Positions 37,166-46,803 of a stretch of 53,366 bases of DNA are shown piece after piece. Position 1 is the first letter of the stretch. Each line of letters opens with the position of its first letter. The position numbers and the translations under genes were made by a program. Below the pieces are notes generated by a model. That model worked only from the letters and a program-made list of their open reading frames with translations. It was not told the origin of the DNA and made no database searches. The DNA is taken from positions 1-53,366 of IMG/VR virus record IMGVR_UViG_3300025621_001498; one strand, given 5' to 3'. Source of the DNA: a virus (lineage: Duplodnaviria > Caudoviricetes).

Positions 37166-37579
37166 ATGAAGAACGTAAAGATCGTGATTGCCATGCTTTT
37201 GGTAGCGGTGCTGGCGGGCTGCAGTGACGCAGAGGTCGCTTCGAACAACCTCTCGAAGGCCGCCGACAACTTCGAAATCAACCGCCGCGTGATCTTCTAC
37301 AACGGCATCACCGGTGAATACATGCTGACCATCGAGGGTCGCTGCTCACTCGGCAGCGGCACCAGCACCAAGTCGCTCACGGTTACCTGCAAGACCGGTG
37401 CGAGTGAGTACAAAAAGCACTTCCTCGGCCTCTCGGACAACGTGACCTACTTCGCCGAGCAGCTGCAGGCGGCAAGCGTCAGCGCCTACCACTACCGCGT
37501 GATCTTCAAGCCGCAAACGATCCTGCCTGACGTTGATTTCAAGGGCAGCACCGACGCGCTGATTGATCTGGCGAAGTAA
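37166..37579 (+). CDS. Phage lipoprotein
   Basis: Signal peptide with LAGC lipobox. Confidence 0.8.
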   Translation: MKNVKIVIAMLLVAVLAGCSDAEVASNNLSKAADNFEINRRVIFYNGITGEYMLTIEGRCSLGSGTSTKSLTVTCKTGASEYKKHFLGLSDNVTYFAEQLQAASVSAYHYRVIFKPQTILPDVDFKGSTDALIDLAK

Positions 37580-37692
37580 CCGAATCCCCCACCGACAAAT
37601 CGGGGGAGCCACCCAGCCAACGCAGGAGCGAAAGCTGGGCGCTATGCAGGCTGGCCACCTGGGCAGTTCGGCCAACTTAATAGGAGAACGTC

Positions 37693-37923
37693 ATGTTTGA
37701 TGCAATTTCGCATGTTGCGACCGCTGAAGGCATGACGGTTGCGGCATACAGATCAACCGAGGCAGATGGTGTTGTGAGCTTCCACGTCAACCATGAGCGC
37801 TGCAGGACCATAGCCAAGCTTCACGACGACAACTATCAGACCGTGCGCAGAACAGTGTCAGGTCAGTACTACTGCAAGGCAATAAATGCGATGCGGTCGC
37901 GCTATACCGACGAGAGCGAATAG
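37693..37923 (+). CDS. Hypothetical protein
   Basis: AGGAG SD. Confidence 0.6.
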   Translation: MFDAISHVATAEGMTVAAYRSTEADGVVSFHVNHERCRTIAKLHDDNYQTVRRTVSGQYYCKAINAMRSRYTDESE

Positions 37924-38005
37924 CCCGCGCTGGCAGTCAGGGCCACTGAACAACCAGCGCCGAAGTCAGCCTGACTATAACTGCCCGATCACCCTGGCAA
38001 CAGGG

Positions 38006-38123
38006 CGCATCGGGGTGTGACCTGAATCCTGCCGCCACGCAGCACAGCTTCCATGCAGCGAGGCCCGAGCAATGAACAGGGCTTGTGCAGAGTTTGGCTC
38101 CTGCCAGGTCACACCCCGATGCG
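38006..38123. repeat. 19-bp perfect inverted repeat enclosing 80 nt
   Basis: CGCATCGGGGTGTGACCTG (38006-24) and CAGGTCACACCCCGATGCG (38105-23). Confidence 0.9.
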
Positions 38124-38187
38124 GACCGCCCGCATCACATACCACGGCAAGAGAAAGCGCGCCGCGCAACATCAACCGGAGACAACC

Positions 38188-38370
38188 ATGCTCCACATCA
38201 TTCTGATCGGCGCAATGCTCGACGAATCGCGGCCAGAACCGCAACTGCAGGGCGCGCCACCCGCTGACACCGATGCCGGCCGAGAGGTCTGGCGCTGGCG
38301 ATGTACCAGCGGGGTCGACCGGCATTCTGGTGCCAGCTTCCCCGCCAAGAAACCCCGCGCGGCGCAGTAA
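38188..38370 (+). CDS. Small hypothetical protein
   Basis: GGAG SD, MLHIILIG. Confidence 0.5.
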   Translation: MLHIILIGAMLDESRPEPQLQGAPPADTDAGREVWRWRCTSGVDRHSGASFPAKKPRAAQ

Positions 38371-38625
38371 GCCTGAAGGCTGCGCCCGTAAGCCGGCAGG
38401 CAGCGGCCAAATGTGGCGTCCATGTCACCGCGCATGGGCCGGGCAACCGGCAGCCCACCCGAGTACGACGACCACCGCTGACGCAACACACCCAGGCCGA
38501 CGCCAGTAGCGGGCCTGGGCACCCTTCCCACTCCGAACCCATAAGCAGGCATCCAGGCCAAACCTTTGCGGAAAGTCTGAGGCCTGGCTGTCTTCTTATG
38601 CGTGTGGTCACCCGAGGTAACTGAT

Positions 38626-39051
38626 ATGTCGACTCAAGACATTCCCCATTACACCGCCCGCAACAGCGAGCGCTTCGCACATCGGCCAGCACCTAGCTAC
38701 GGCCGAGCTGAAAAGTACGTGCCCGGTGGCCACCTCACCGCCCGCACCGATGATCGCCAAGCCGCACTGCGCAAAGCTGCTGCACTGCGCCAGGCCTTCC
38801 GCCTTGAGCAGCACTGCAAGATTTCATTCAGCGGCAACGCCTTCCAGCGAGGCTGCCTGCGCCTGCTTGAGCAGCTGCTGGCAGTTCGTGAAGCCGAGAA
38901 CATCGACGTGCTGTACCTGCGCGATCGGGTGCTGACTGGCCTGATCGACGGGGCGTGGGTGTTTGAGTCGATCACCAAGGAGGCATACGGCCGGCTGCGC
39001 GATCTGCACAGCAACGCTTTCGACCTTCGCCACAAGGAGCTGCTGCCGTGA
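38626..39051 (+). CDS. Hypothetical protein
   Basis: GAGGT SD. Confidence 0.65.
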   Translation: MSTQDIPHYTARNSERFAHRPAPSYGRAEKYVPGGHLTARTDDRQAALRKAAALRQAFRLEQHCKISFSGNAFQRGCLRLLEQLLAVREAENIDVLYLRDRVLTGLIDGAWVFESITKEAYGRLRDLHSNAFDLRHKELLP

Positions 39052-39086
39052 CCACCAAAGCCCCTACCCGCCCCCAGCTGATCCAG

Positions 39087-39109
39087 GCCCTGCAATCGCA
39101 GGGCTTTTT
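39087..39109 (+). terminator. Intrinsic terminator
   Basis: GCCCTGC-AATC-GCAGGGC-TTTTT. Confidence 0.65.
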
Positions 39110-39307
39110 ATTGGTCGCCGATCTGCCCAAGCCGGTCAAGGTCGTGCGGCAGGCGAAGGTGCTGGAGTTGCGGTCATGACCCGCTACCAGCGTGCCAAGC
39201 GTCTCCATACCTGGGCCGCCTGCGCCGGCGTCGCCTTCCTTCTAATCCTCGTAACCGTGGTTGGCCCATCACTGGGGTGACCAATGCGCAATGCGCAGGG
39301 AGCAGCA

Positions 39308-40405
39308 ATGACCGAATCTACCGAAGTGAAGCTGATCGAAGACATCAGCGAAGAGAACGCCCCAGCCATTTACGTTAAGGGCGGGCTGCAGAAGTTTTTG
39401 GACGCGGTAACCGCAGAGGTTTCTACCGAGGTTCCCGACCTGACCACCCGCAAAGGTCGTGACCGCATCGCCTCCTTGGCCGCGAAGGTCAGCAAGTCGA
39501 AGGTTGCCGTTGAGAAGCCAGGCCGCGACTACCTCAAACGCCTCAAGGAAATGCCAAAGGTCGTTGAAACCGAGCTTCGTGAGTTCGTCGACGCCATGGA
39601 TGCCCTGCGCGACGCAACACGCAAACCGCTGACCGAGTGGGAAGAGGCCGAGGAAAAGCGAGTTGCTGACCATCAAGCCGGCCTTGAACACCTGCGCAGC
39701 ACCGATACCGACGGCAAGGACTCCGCTGCAATCATCGGAATGATCCAAGACCTTGATGAAGTGCAGATCGGTGACGACTGGCAGGAGTTCGAAGCCGAGG
39801 CCCACAGAATTAAAACCGCCAGCTTGGCCACCCTTCGTGTTGCCCTTGCAGCCCGCCAGCAATTTGAACACGAACAGGCTGAGCTTGCCGAGCTGCGCCG
39901 CCAGCAGGCCGAACGCGATGCTCAAGATGAGCGCGACCGCATTGCCCGCGAAGCAGCCGAGCGCGCTACCCAGGAAGCTGAACTGCGCGCCAAGGCCGAA
40001 CGTGACGCCGCAGAACAGCGCGAACGTGACGCCCTGGCCGCCGCTGAGCAATCCCGTCTCAATGCCGAACTGGCCGAACAGCGCCGTATTGCTGCCGAGC
40101 AGCAGGCAGAACTGGATCGCCAGGCGGCGGTCGAGCGTGAGCGCCAGGCGGCCCAGCAGGCAGAGCGCGATGCGCAGGCGCGCGCCGATGCAGCCGCTGC
40201 CGCAGAACGCCAGCGACAGGCTGACGAACAGGCACGGCTGCAGCGCGAAGCTGAGGCCCGCGAGGCTGACAAAGCGCACAAGGCCAAGATCAACCGCGCT
40301 GCTATGGAAGCATTCATGGCCGGCGGCATGACCGAAGAGTGTGCCAAGCAGGCTGTGACCCTGATCGCCAAGCGAGAAATCCCCAACGTAACGATCACCT
40401 ATTGA
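39308..40405 (+). CDS. Conserved phage coiled-coil protein
   Basis: KGRDRIASLAAKVSKSK; long EARQ-rich coil. Confidence 0.8.
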   Translation: MTESTEVKLIEDISEENAPAIYVKGGLQKFLDAVTAEVSTEVPDLTTRKGRDRIASLAAKVSKSKVAVEKPGRDYLKRLKEMPKVVETELREFVDAMDALRDATRKPLTEWEEAEEKRVADHQAGLEHLRSTDTDGKDSAAIIGMIQDLDEVQIGDDWQEFEAEAHRIKTASLATLRVALAARQQFEHEQAELAELRRQQAERDAQDERDRIAREAAERATQEAELRAKAERDAAEQRERDALAAAEQSRLNAELAEQRRIAAEQQAELDRQAAVERERQAAQQAERDAQARADAAAAAERQRQADEQARLQREAEAREADKAHKAKINRAAMEAFMAGGMTEECAKQAVTLIAKREIPNVTITY

Positions 40406-40413
40406 GGTGACAC

Positions 40414-40575
40414 ATGCAGGCCATCAACAGCAACACCCCTCCAGCCCTTGCCGCCCAGATCGACTGGATGATGCAGGGGCAGTTCAACCCAGACCAATTC
40501 GATGGCGAGCAGCGCCGGCTTTATGAGCAGGAAGCGGCACGCATCGAGCAGCAGTGGGATAACAAACCGGAGTAA
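40414..40575 (+). CDS. Small hypothetical protein
   Basis: Own translation, 53 aa; GAGGT SD. Confidence 0.6.
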   Translation: MQAINSNTPPALAAQIDWMMQGQFNPDQFDGEQRRLYEQEAARIEQQWDNKPE

Positions 40576-40580
40576 CAACC

Positions 40581-41435
40581 ATGTTCAAGAAGGCAGAACG
40601 CAAGCAGGCCAAGCTACGGCTGGCACTTGCCGGGCCAAGCGGCGCGGGCAAAACCTACTCAGCCCTGCTGATCGCAAAGGGGCTTGGCGGGAAAATCGCC
40701 GTGCTGGATACCGAGAAGGGCAGCGCTTCGCTGTATTCAGACCTGGTCGACTTCGATGTGGTCGACCTGACTGCGCCTTTCACCCCCGAGCGCTATACCG
40801 AAGTGATCACCGCCGCCGAAGCTGCAGGCTATGACACGCTGATCATCGACAGCTACTCGCATGAGTGGACGGGACCGGGTGGCTGCCTGGAAGAAAACGA
40901 GAAACTTGCCCACTCCAAGTTCAAGGGCAACACCTGGGCGGCCTGGAACGAAACCACGCCCCGCCACCGCAAGCTGACCAACAAGATTCTGGGCAGCTCG
41001 CTGCACATCATCTGCACCATGCGCAGCAAGACGGAGACGGTTCAGGGTGAAGGCAAGAAGATCATCAAGCTCGGCATGAAAAGCGAGCAGCGCGATGGCA
41101 CCGATTACGAGTTCACGGTGGTGCTGGATGTTTCGCATGACACGCACGAAGCCGTGGCCAGCAAAGACCGGACGCGCCTGTTCAATGGCTACGAGGTCAT
41201 CACTGAAGAAACCGGCCGCAAGCTGATCGCCTGGCTGAACGGTGGCACTTCGGTGAAGGATCAGCTTGTTGACCTTATCGCCGACATTGCCACGGCCAAG
41301 AATATTGAGGCGTTGCAGTCAGCATTCAGCGCGGCATGTGCCACGGCGCGCGGTGACGATCAATCGCTGGCCAAGATCGTTGAGGCCAAGGACAAGCGCA
41401 AAGCAGAGCTACAACCGCAGCAGGCCAGCGCATGA
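40581..41435 (+). CDS. Sak4-like (AAA_24) single-strand annealing ATPase
   Basis: GPSGAGKT, LDTEKGSA, IIDSYSHEW; upstream of exo and ssb. Confidence 0.8.
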   Translation: MFKKAERKQAKLRLALAGPSGAGKTYSALLIAKGLGGKIAVLDTEKGSASLYSDLVDFDVVDLTAPFTPERYTEVITAAEAAGYDTLIIDSYSHEWTGPGGCLEENEKLAHSKFKGNTWAAWNETTPRHRKLTNKILGSSLHIICTMRSKTETVQGEGKKIIKLGMKSEQRDGTDYEFTVVLDVSHDTHEAVASKDRTRLFNGYEVITEETGRKLIAWLNGGTSVKDQLVDLIADIATAKNIEALQSAFSAACATARGDDQSLAKIVEAKDKRKAELQPQQASA

Positions 41436-42139
41436 AAGCGATCATCTTCGACACCGAAACCACCGGCCCAAACCCAGCGGTCGATCAAGTCATTGAGGCT
41501 GCGTGGCTGGTACTCCCTGGCACGGTTGACGAGTTCGCAGCTCGCCACCCAAACGTGCTGCCGAGTACCTGCCAGCGCTTTAAGCCTTCGATCCCGATCA
41601 CGGTTGGCGCTCAGGCCACGCACCACATCCTCGCGGGCGACCTTGTTGGTTGCCCCGACTATAGCGAGTTCGCTTTGCCGGACGGCGTGACTTATCTGGT
41701 GGGCCATAAAGTTGATTTCGACTGGAGCATGGCCGGCCAGCCTGACGTTAAACGCATCTGCACTCTCGCCCTGAGCCGCTATCTGTTCCCTGATGCCGGC
41801 AGCCACACCCTGAGCGCGATGATGTATCTGTTTGCGCGAATGACCGGGCGGGAGTCGGCGGCGCGCGATGCTCTACGCAATGCCCACGCGGCGCTGGACG
41901 ATGTAATCAACTGCGGGCGAGTGCTGCAGTTCCTGATCCGCCAGGCCAGGGTTGCCGGTCATGTGTGCGGATCATGGGCTGATGTTTACGAGCTGAGTGA
42001 GTTGGCGCGCATACCGCTGGTGATTGGCTTCGGCAAGCACAAGGGAACGGCCATTGCCGATCTTCCCGAGAGCTACAAGACCTGGCTCGCCGCGCAAGAC
42101 AACATCGATCCCTACCTTCTCAAAGCAATCACAGCGTAA
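41432..42139 (+). CDS. DEDDh 3'-5' exonuclease (ExoX-like)
   Basis: FDTETTG, VGHKVDFD, AHAALDD, FGKHKG. Confidence 0.88.
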   Translation: MKAIIFDTETTGPNPAVDQVIEAAWLVLPGTVDEFAARHPNVLPSTCQRFKPSIPITVGAQATHHILAGDLVGCPDYSEFALPDGVTYLVGHKVDFDWSMAGQPDVKRICTLALSRYLFPDAGSHTLSAMMYLFARMTGRESAARDALRNAHAALDDVINCGRVLQFLIRQARVAGHVCGSWADVYELSELARIPLVIGFGKHKGTAIADLPESYKTWLAAQDNIDPYLLKAITA

Positions 42140-42148
42140 GGAGGCCTT

Positions 42149-42631
42149 ATGGCCCGTGGCGTTAACAAAGTCATCCTGGTCGGCACCTGCGGCCAAGACC
42201 CGGAAACCCGCTACATGCCGAATGGCAACGCGGTTACCAACCTGAGCCTGGCCACCAGCGAACAGTGGACCGACAAGCAGACCGGTCAGAAGGTCGAGAA
42301 GACCGAATGGCACCGCGTCTCGCTGTTCGGCAAGGTCGCCGAGATTGCCGGCGAGTACCTGCGCAAAGGCTCCCAGGTATACATCGAGGGCAAGCTGCAG
42401 ACCCGCGAGTGGGAAAAGGACGGCATCAAGCGTTACACCACCGAGATCATCGTCGACATGCAGGGCACCATGCAGCTGCTGGGCGGCAAGCCTGACGGTG
42501 AACGGCCGGCGACGCCACAGTCAGCGCGACATCCTGCGCCCCGTCCTCAGCCAAATCAGCAGGACGCCCCGCCAGACGACTTCGACCAAGATATTCCATT
42601 TGCCCCGCTACACCACCTCGCCGGGGCATAA
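42149..42631 (+). CDS. ssb: Single-stranded DNA-binding protein
   Basis: [16 protein letters not shown] tail. Confidence 0.97.
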   Translation: MARGVNKVILVGTCGQDPETRYMPNGNAVTNLSLATSEQWTDKQTGQKVEKTEWHRVSLFGKVAEIAGEYLRKGSQVYIEGKLQTREWEKDGIKRYTTEIIVDMQGTMQLLGGKPDGERPATPQSARHPAPRPQPNQQDAPPDDFDQDIPFAPLHHLAGA

Positions 42632-42648
42632 GCCCTCAGGAGCGCCGC

Positions 42649-43116
42649 ATGAAACACTGTAAAAAGTGCGGCGCTCAGAAAGCGGAAACCGATTACTACG
42701 CCAGAGACAACACCTGCAAAGAGTGTCGTAAGGCTGCGGTTCGCTCTAACTATGCGAACAATCGGGAGCATTACCGCGAGTATGAGCGCGGCCGTGCCAG
42801 TCTGCCCCACCGGGTAAAGGCCAGAGAGAAGTATCAGAACACTCCAGCCGGCAAAGAGCGCGGCAACGCTGCCAGGCGCTCATACATTCAGCGCAATCCT
42901 GAAAAGCGCATTGCCCACAACCTCACACAGAGCGCACTCAAGCGAAACAAGGTTTGGCGCGCGCCCTGCTGCATGGCTCCAGGCTGCTTCAGCACTGAGC
43001 GTCTGCATGGTCACCACTGCGACTACGACAAGCCGCTTTCGGTGGTCTGGCTTTGCGCCAAGTGCCATGCCGAGTTGCACCGAGAATTCACGATGAAGCA
43101 ACGGGCGGCTGCCTGA
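42649..43116 (+). CDS. Zinc-finger/HNH-like protein
   Basis: CKKC, CKEC, HHCDY...WLCAKCH. Confidence 0.7.
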   Translation: MKHCKKCGAQKAETDYYARDNTCKECRKAAVRSNYANNREHYREYERGRASLPHRVKAREKYQNTPAGKERGNAARRSYIQRNPEKRIAHNLTQSALKRNKVWRAPCCMAPGCFSTERLHGHHCDYDKPLSVVWLCAKCHAELHREFTMKQRAAA

Positions 43117-43138
43117 TGCCATTCACTGAGAGCCCACC

Positions 43139-43414
43139 ATGATCACAGAAGCCATCCGCACCGAGCCGTGGCACTTCGGCCCCGAGCGCCGCATCGTCCT
43201 ACCCCGCCGCCGCGAGCAGCTGCAGCGGGCGCGACAACTGACTGACTTCATCACCGCCAACCGCTTCGGCCGGGTCAAAGGCTTTACCCGCCTGCGCACG
43301 CCGAACGAATTGGCCAAGCTTGGCCGCGAACAGGGCCACGACTTCAAACCCCTGGAAATCGAGTACGCCGCCGCCCGCGCAATGCTGGCCATAGGCGAAC
43401 CCGTCAAGTACTGA
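43139..43414 (+). CDS. Hypothetical protein
   Basis: 91-aa ORF with phage-like codon use. Confidence 0.6.
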   Translation: MITEAIRTEPWHFGPERRIVLPRRREQLQRARQLTDFITANRFGRVKGFTRLRTPNELAKLGREQGHDFKPLEIEYAAARAMLAIGEPVKY

Positions 43415-43475
43415 CCCACACCCAATTGAACACCACAGGCGCTTCGGCGCTTTTCTTTTGCCCGAGGTATTTGTC

Positions 43476-44153
43476 ATGAGCACAGACCTTGCACCTATCG
43501 CCGAACCAGCACTCCCCGCCGACATCTGGGCGCGCTCTGCTACTGAGCTGAACGACTACCACTTCAACGTGAAAGGCCGCATCAGCCAGGCTGAGCTTGA
43601 TCAGCTGGAGGCTGAGTTTCTGGCCAAGGGCGGTGAGATTCAGGCCATCCCTACCGGCGTGAGCGGCGAAGACAGCAGCCAGTTCAACAACCGCACGGTT
43701 GCCGTCAACCCGGTATCGCAGTTCAGCACCGCAGAGCAGAGACAGCACGCCAGGGAGCGCACCGAGAAGGTGTATGCGGCCGACGCTGAGCTGGTTGCAG
43801 CGATAGCCGTGAACCTGCCCGCAGTGCAGACGGCCCGCCAACTGTGCCAGCTCTGCAAGTGCCACGCAGACCGCCTCGATCGCATCCTGCGCACCTACTT
43901 CGCCGACGACGCCATGGCCAAGCCATTCATTCGCATCAGCCGGGAAGAGCGCGAGGCCAAGATCATTCGCGAATACCCGCAGCTGATAAACCAGATGAGT
44001 CAGTCCGACTGCGCCAAGGCCCTGCATGTGCACCATTGCGAGCTGAAACGCATCGTCGCCCTGCACCGGCTCAAGCCAGCACCCACCGCAGCGCAGGTCT
44101 GGAATAACCCAAACCGCCCGGCTACGCGACAGGCGGCTGAGGCTGCGGCCTAA
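43476..44153 (+). CDS. Hypothetical protein, possible DNA binder
   Basis: EFLAKGGEIQAIP motif and two HTH-like segments. Confidence 0.65.
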   Translation: MSTDLAPIAEPALPADIWARSATELNDYHFNVKGRISQAELDQLEAEFLAKGGEIQAIPTGVSGEDSSQFNNRTVAVNPVSQFSTAEQRQHARERTEKVYAADAELVAAIAVNLPAVQTARQLCQLCKCHADRLDRILRTYFADDAMAKPFIRISREEREAKIIREYPQLINQMSQSDCAKALHVHHCELKRIVALHRLKPAPTAAQVWNNPNRPATRQAAEAAA

Positions 44154-44246
44154 CCGGAAAAACATTTCCCCTTTCCGGTAAAACTTTTCCACCCACCCAA
44201 GCCCAGCGCCAGCAGCGCAACGGGCTGCTATTGCCTGGAGAAAGCT

Positions 44247-44628
44247 ATGCAGAACGTACTTTATGCCGGCCTGCGTAACCCTGAGCGCGACCAGAACATC
44301 TTCAACGCCCTGGCGGGCAAGTCGATCAGCGAAGTGGCGGAGCTTATGGAGCTGCAGCCGAGCACGGTGCGAGCGGCGCAGAAGCGTATCGCAGCCCTTG
44401 CCACCTTTAACCTCACCCTCACAGGGGGGGGGTAAGGACATCTCGATTGGGCCGGTCGCTGCCAAGTCATTCCGGCGTGCCGCTCTCGGTGCATACCGCC
44501 ACTTTTGCGGCACCTTCCGCAGCCTAGAGCTGAATCAGTGGGCCGTAACGGACGGCACCACAACCATCAGCATCCAAGACCTTCGAGATCTCGACTCGGG
44601 TGTTGCCTCGGTAACCGAGGACGATTAG
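44247..44628 (+). pseudogene. HTH gene interrupted by G9 tract
   Basis: ORF 44247-44435 stops right after G9 (44424-44432); G8 would continue in frame to 44628. Confidence 0.65.
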
Positions 44629-44683
44629 GAGTTGTGCAGTAGGAGCCATCCTGAACACAAGGCGCGGCCGGAGGATGTGAAAT

Positions 44684-44995
44684 ATGCCAACTAATCCGCA
44701 GCAGGATGAATACATGCACGCCTGGGTAAATCATAACTTCCACGCATACATGGCAATGGCAGGCCTTGAGCTTCCGCCAATTGGTGGTCGGCGTGAAGGC
44801 ATCGCATCCAGCGCCGCCATCAATGGCTACAGCGTGATCGTAGAAAACCACGGTACCTACGCCATGTGCTACGGCTCGGCTCCAGCAGGTAGTAGAGGCG
44901 GGTTTTGCTGGCGACAAGCGTTCGCAATACAGCCAGGTCGGCCAGAGTCAACAGGTAAAGGCCGAGCAGCTGCCACTGCTTTGAGGCAACTATGA
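44684..44995 (+). CDS. Hypothetical protein
   Basis: GGAGG SD; ATGA coupling to next gene. Confidence 0.5.
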   Translation: MPTNPQQDEYMHAWVNHNFHAYMAMAGLELPPIGGRREGIASSAAINGYSVIVENHGTYAMCYGSAPAGSRGGFCWRQAFAIQPGRPESTGKGRAAATALRQL

Positions 44996-45738
44996 CCAGT
45001 TTATCAACCGCCGATAAGGCGCTCGACAGCGGCCGGAGGGCGCGGCCGACTAAACGCTCTTGGACCAAGGCCGAAGAGAAGCTGCTCGCCGAACTCTACC
45101 CGGATACCCCGCTGCACCGGCTGCTGGTCATCTTCAACCGCAGCGAGAGCGCTATCTATGGCAAAGCATTCGGTCTCGGCCTGAAGCGTAGCGAGGCATT
45201 CATGAGCGGACCCTTCGCGGGGCGCATAAAGCCCGGGGCAGATATAGGTCGCGGGGCGCGTTTCGAGAAAGGCCACACTGCCTGGAACAAAGGCATTAAA
45301 GGCTTCAATCCAGGCGGTCGGGCCGCAGATACCCAGTTCAAGCCGGGCCAAGTCAACGGCAAGGCCGCGCTGCTGCTACAGCCGCTGGGTACCGAGCGCA
45401 TCACCAAGGATGGCATCCGACAACGCAAGATTCGTGAAGACGGCCCCGCCAAGCAGCGCTGGCGGGCCTGTCACGCAATCCTCTGGGAAGAGCATCACGG
45501 GCCGATACCTGCTGGCCACATCGTAGTGTTCTGTGATCGCGACACGACCCGCATCGAGATCGAAAACCTAGAGCTTATTACCCGCGCCGAGAACATGCGG
45601 CGCAACACGATCCACCGCTACCCGCCAGAGCTGAAAGAAGTCATCCAGCTAAAGAAAAAGATTGAGCGGAAAATCAGGAGCCTTATCGATGAAAAACAAG
45701 ATGACAGACGTGCGCAACCACCTGTTTGCCGTACTTGA
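44992..45738 (+). CDS. HNH endonuclease-signature protein
   Basis: FEKGHTAWNKG, WEEHHGPIP, NLELITRAENM. Confidence 0.8.
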   Translation: MTSLSTADKALDSGRRARPTKRSWTKAEEKLLAELYPDTPLHRLLVIFNRSESAIYGKAFGLGLKRSEAFMSGPFAGRIKPGADIGRGARFEKGHTAWNKGIKGFNPGGRAADTQFKPGQVNGKAALLLQPLGTERITKDGIRQRKIREDGPAKQRWRACHAILWEEHHGPIPAGHIVVFCDRDTTRIEIENLELITRAENMRRNTIHRYPPELKEVIQLKKKIERKIRSLIDEKQDDRRAQPPVCRT

Positions 45739-45919
45739 AGGCCTACAGGACAAAGACAACCCCATGGAGATCGAGCGCGCAAAAGCCGTCTGCCAGGTAG
45801 CGGGGGTGCTGGTGGAGTCAGCGAAGGTAGAAGTGGCCTTCATCAATGCTGTCGGCATGGGCGCCAAAACCACAGGTTTCATTGAGTCGGAACCACCCCT
45901 GCCAGCTCCCCGGGGCTAA
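45689..45919 (+). CDS. Conserved hypothetical phage protein
   Basis: DVRNHLFAVLE, EIERAKAV, SAKVEV. Confidence 0.7.
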   Translation: MKNKMTDVRNHLFAVLEGLQDKDNPMEIERAKAVCQVAGVLVESAKVEVAFINAVGMGAKTTGFIESEPPLPAPRG

Positions 45920-46095
45920 TAGTTTGGTTGCTGTACTGATCGCCCAATGCAAGCAGCAGACGAACAGCTCGACATATTCAACGCCCAGTAATAACCACCC
46001 TACCCGCCCACTCCCTGCCTGATGCTCGGGCGGGAGGGTGGTGAACATAGACCCTACGCACTTCCAATAATTCACGCCACTGGCGAGGACTCCCC

Positions 46096-46713
46096 ATGAG
46101 CACGAAACGCGACATGATCAAGATCGAAACCCCGGAAGGCTTCAAGCTGTCCGTGCCGGCCCATGTTGTGGCCACCACCTTTATCTCGGCGGCGCTGGCC
46201 CAGGTTGGCGTTGTGCAGCAGGTTTCTGCGCCAGCTCAGCCGCTGAGCGCCCAGGCCATCCCGGCAGTCGGTGAATACTGGCCAGGTCAGGGCGGTATCA
46301 ATGGCGGCGGGGTTGCGGCGCACGGCGATGTGCCGGCCCATTACCTGATCTGGGCGACAGATGATGTCGGCGAGCACGAATGGGGCGGGCGCGGCAAAGA
46401 GTCGGGCGCCATCTGCAAGCGTGACGGCCAGGCCAATACCAAGGCGTTGCTGGCCGAGGGCGATCATCCAGCGGCAATAGCTGCAGTGATCAGTGCCGAT
46501 GGTCACTACGACTTCTACCTGCCGGCTGCAGCAGAGCTTTACCACGGCTGGCTGAACGTGCCGGACATCTTCAAGAAGGATCGCTGGTACTGGTCGAGTT
46601 CGCAGCGCTCCGCCTACCTCGCTTTCTACGTGAACTTCGATGATGGCTATCAGGGCATCTACGCCAAGTACAACGAGTGTCTCGTCCGCCCCGTCCGCAG
46701 AGCATTCATTTGA
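46096..46713 (+). CDS. DGR target 1, C-type-lectin-like (DUF1566-like)
   Basis: FYLPAAAEL, WYWSSS, C-terminal VR ending VRPVRR. Confidence 0.9.
   Translation: MSTKRDMIKIETPEGFKLSVPAHVVATTFISAALAQVGVVQQVSAPAQPLSAQAIPAVGEYWPGQGGINGGGVAAHGDVPAHYLIWATDDVGEHEWGGRGKESGAICKRDGQANTKALLAEGDHPAAIAAVISADGHYDFYLPAAAELYHGWLNVPDIFKKDRWYWSSSQRSAYLAFYVNFDDGYQGIYAKYNECLVRPVRRAFI
46600..46701 (+). repeat. Variable repeat VR1
   Basis: 101/102 identical to TR; one mismatch, 46660 T versus TR adenine 48062. Confidence 0.95.
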
Positions 46714-46730
46714 TCATTTGCTAATTCATT

Positions 46731-46746
46731 CTGGCCGACAGGCCAG
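46731..46746. other. Hairpin downstream of VR1 (retrohoming target signal)
   Basis: CTGGCC-GACA-GGCCAG. Confidence 0.7.
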
Positions 46747-46757
46747 CCGTAACTCAG

Positions 46758-46777
46758 GGCGCAGCAGCGCCTTTTTT
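46758..46777 (+). terminator. Terminator between the two target genes
   Basis: GGCGC-AGCA-GCGCC-TTTTTT. Confidence 0.55.
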
Positions 46778-46803
46778 GTTGCCTTAAAAAAGAGGATGCA
46801 CCC

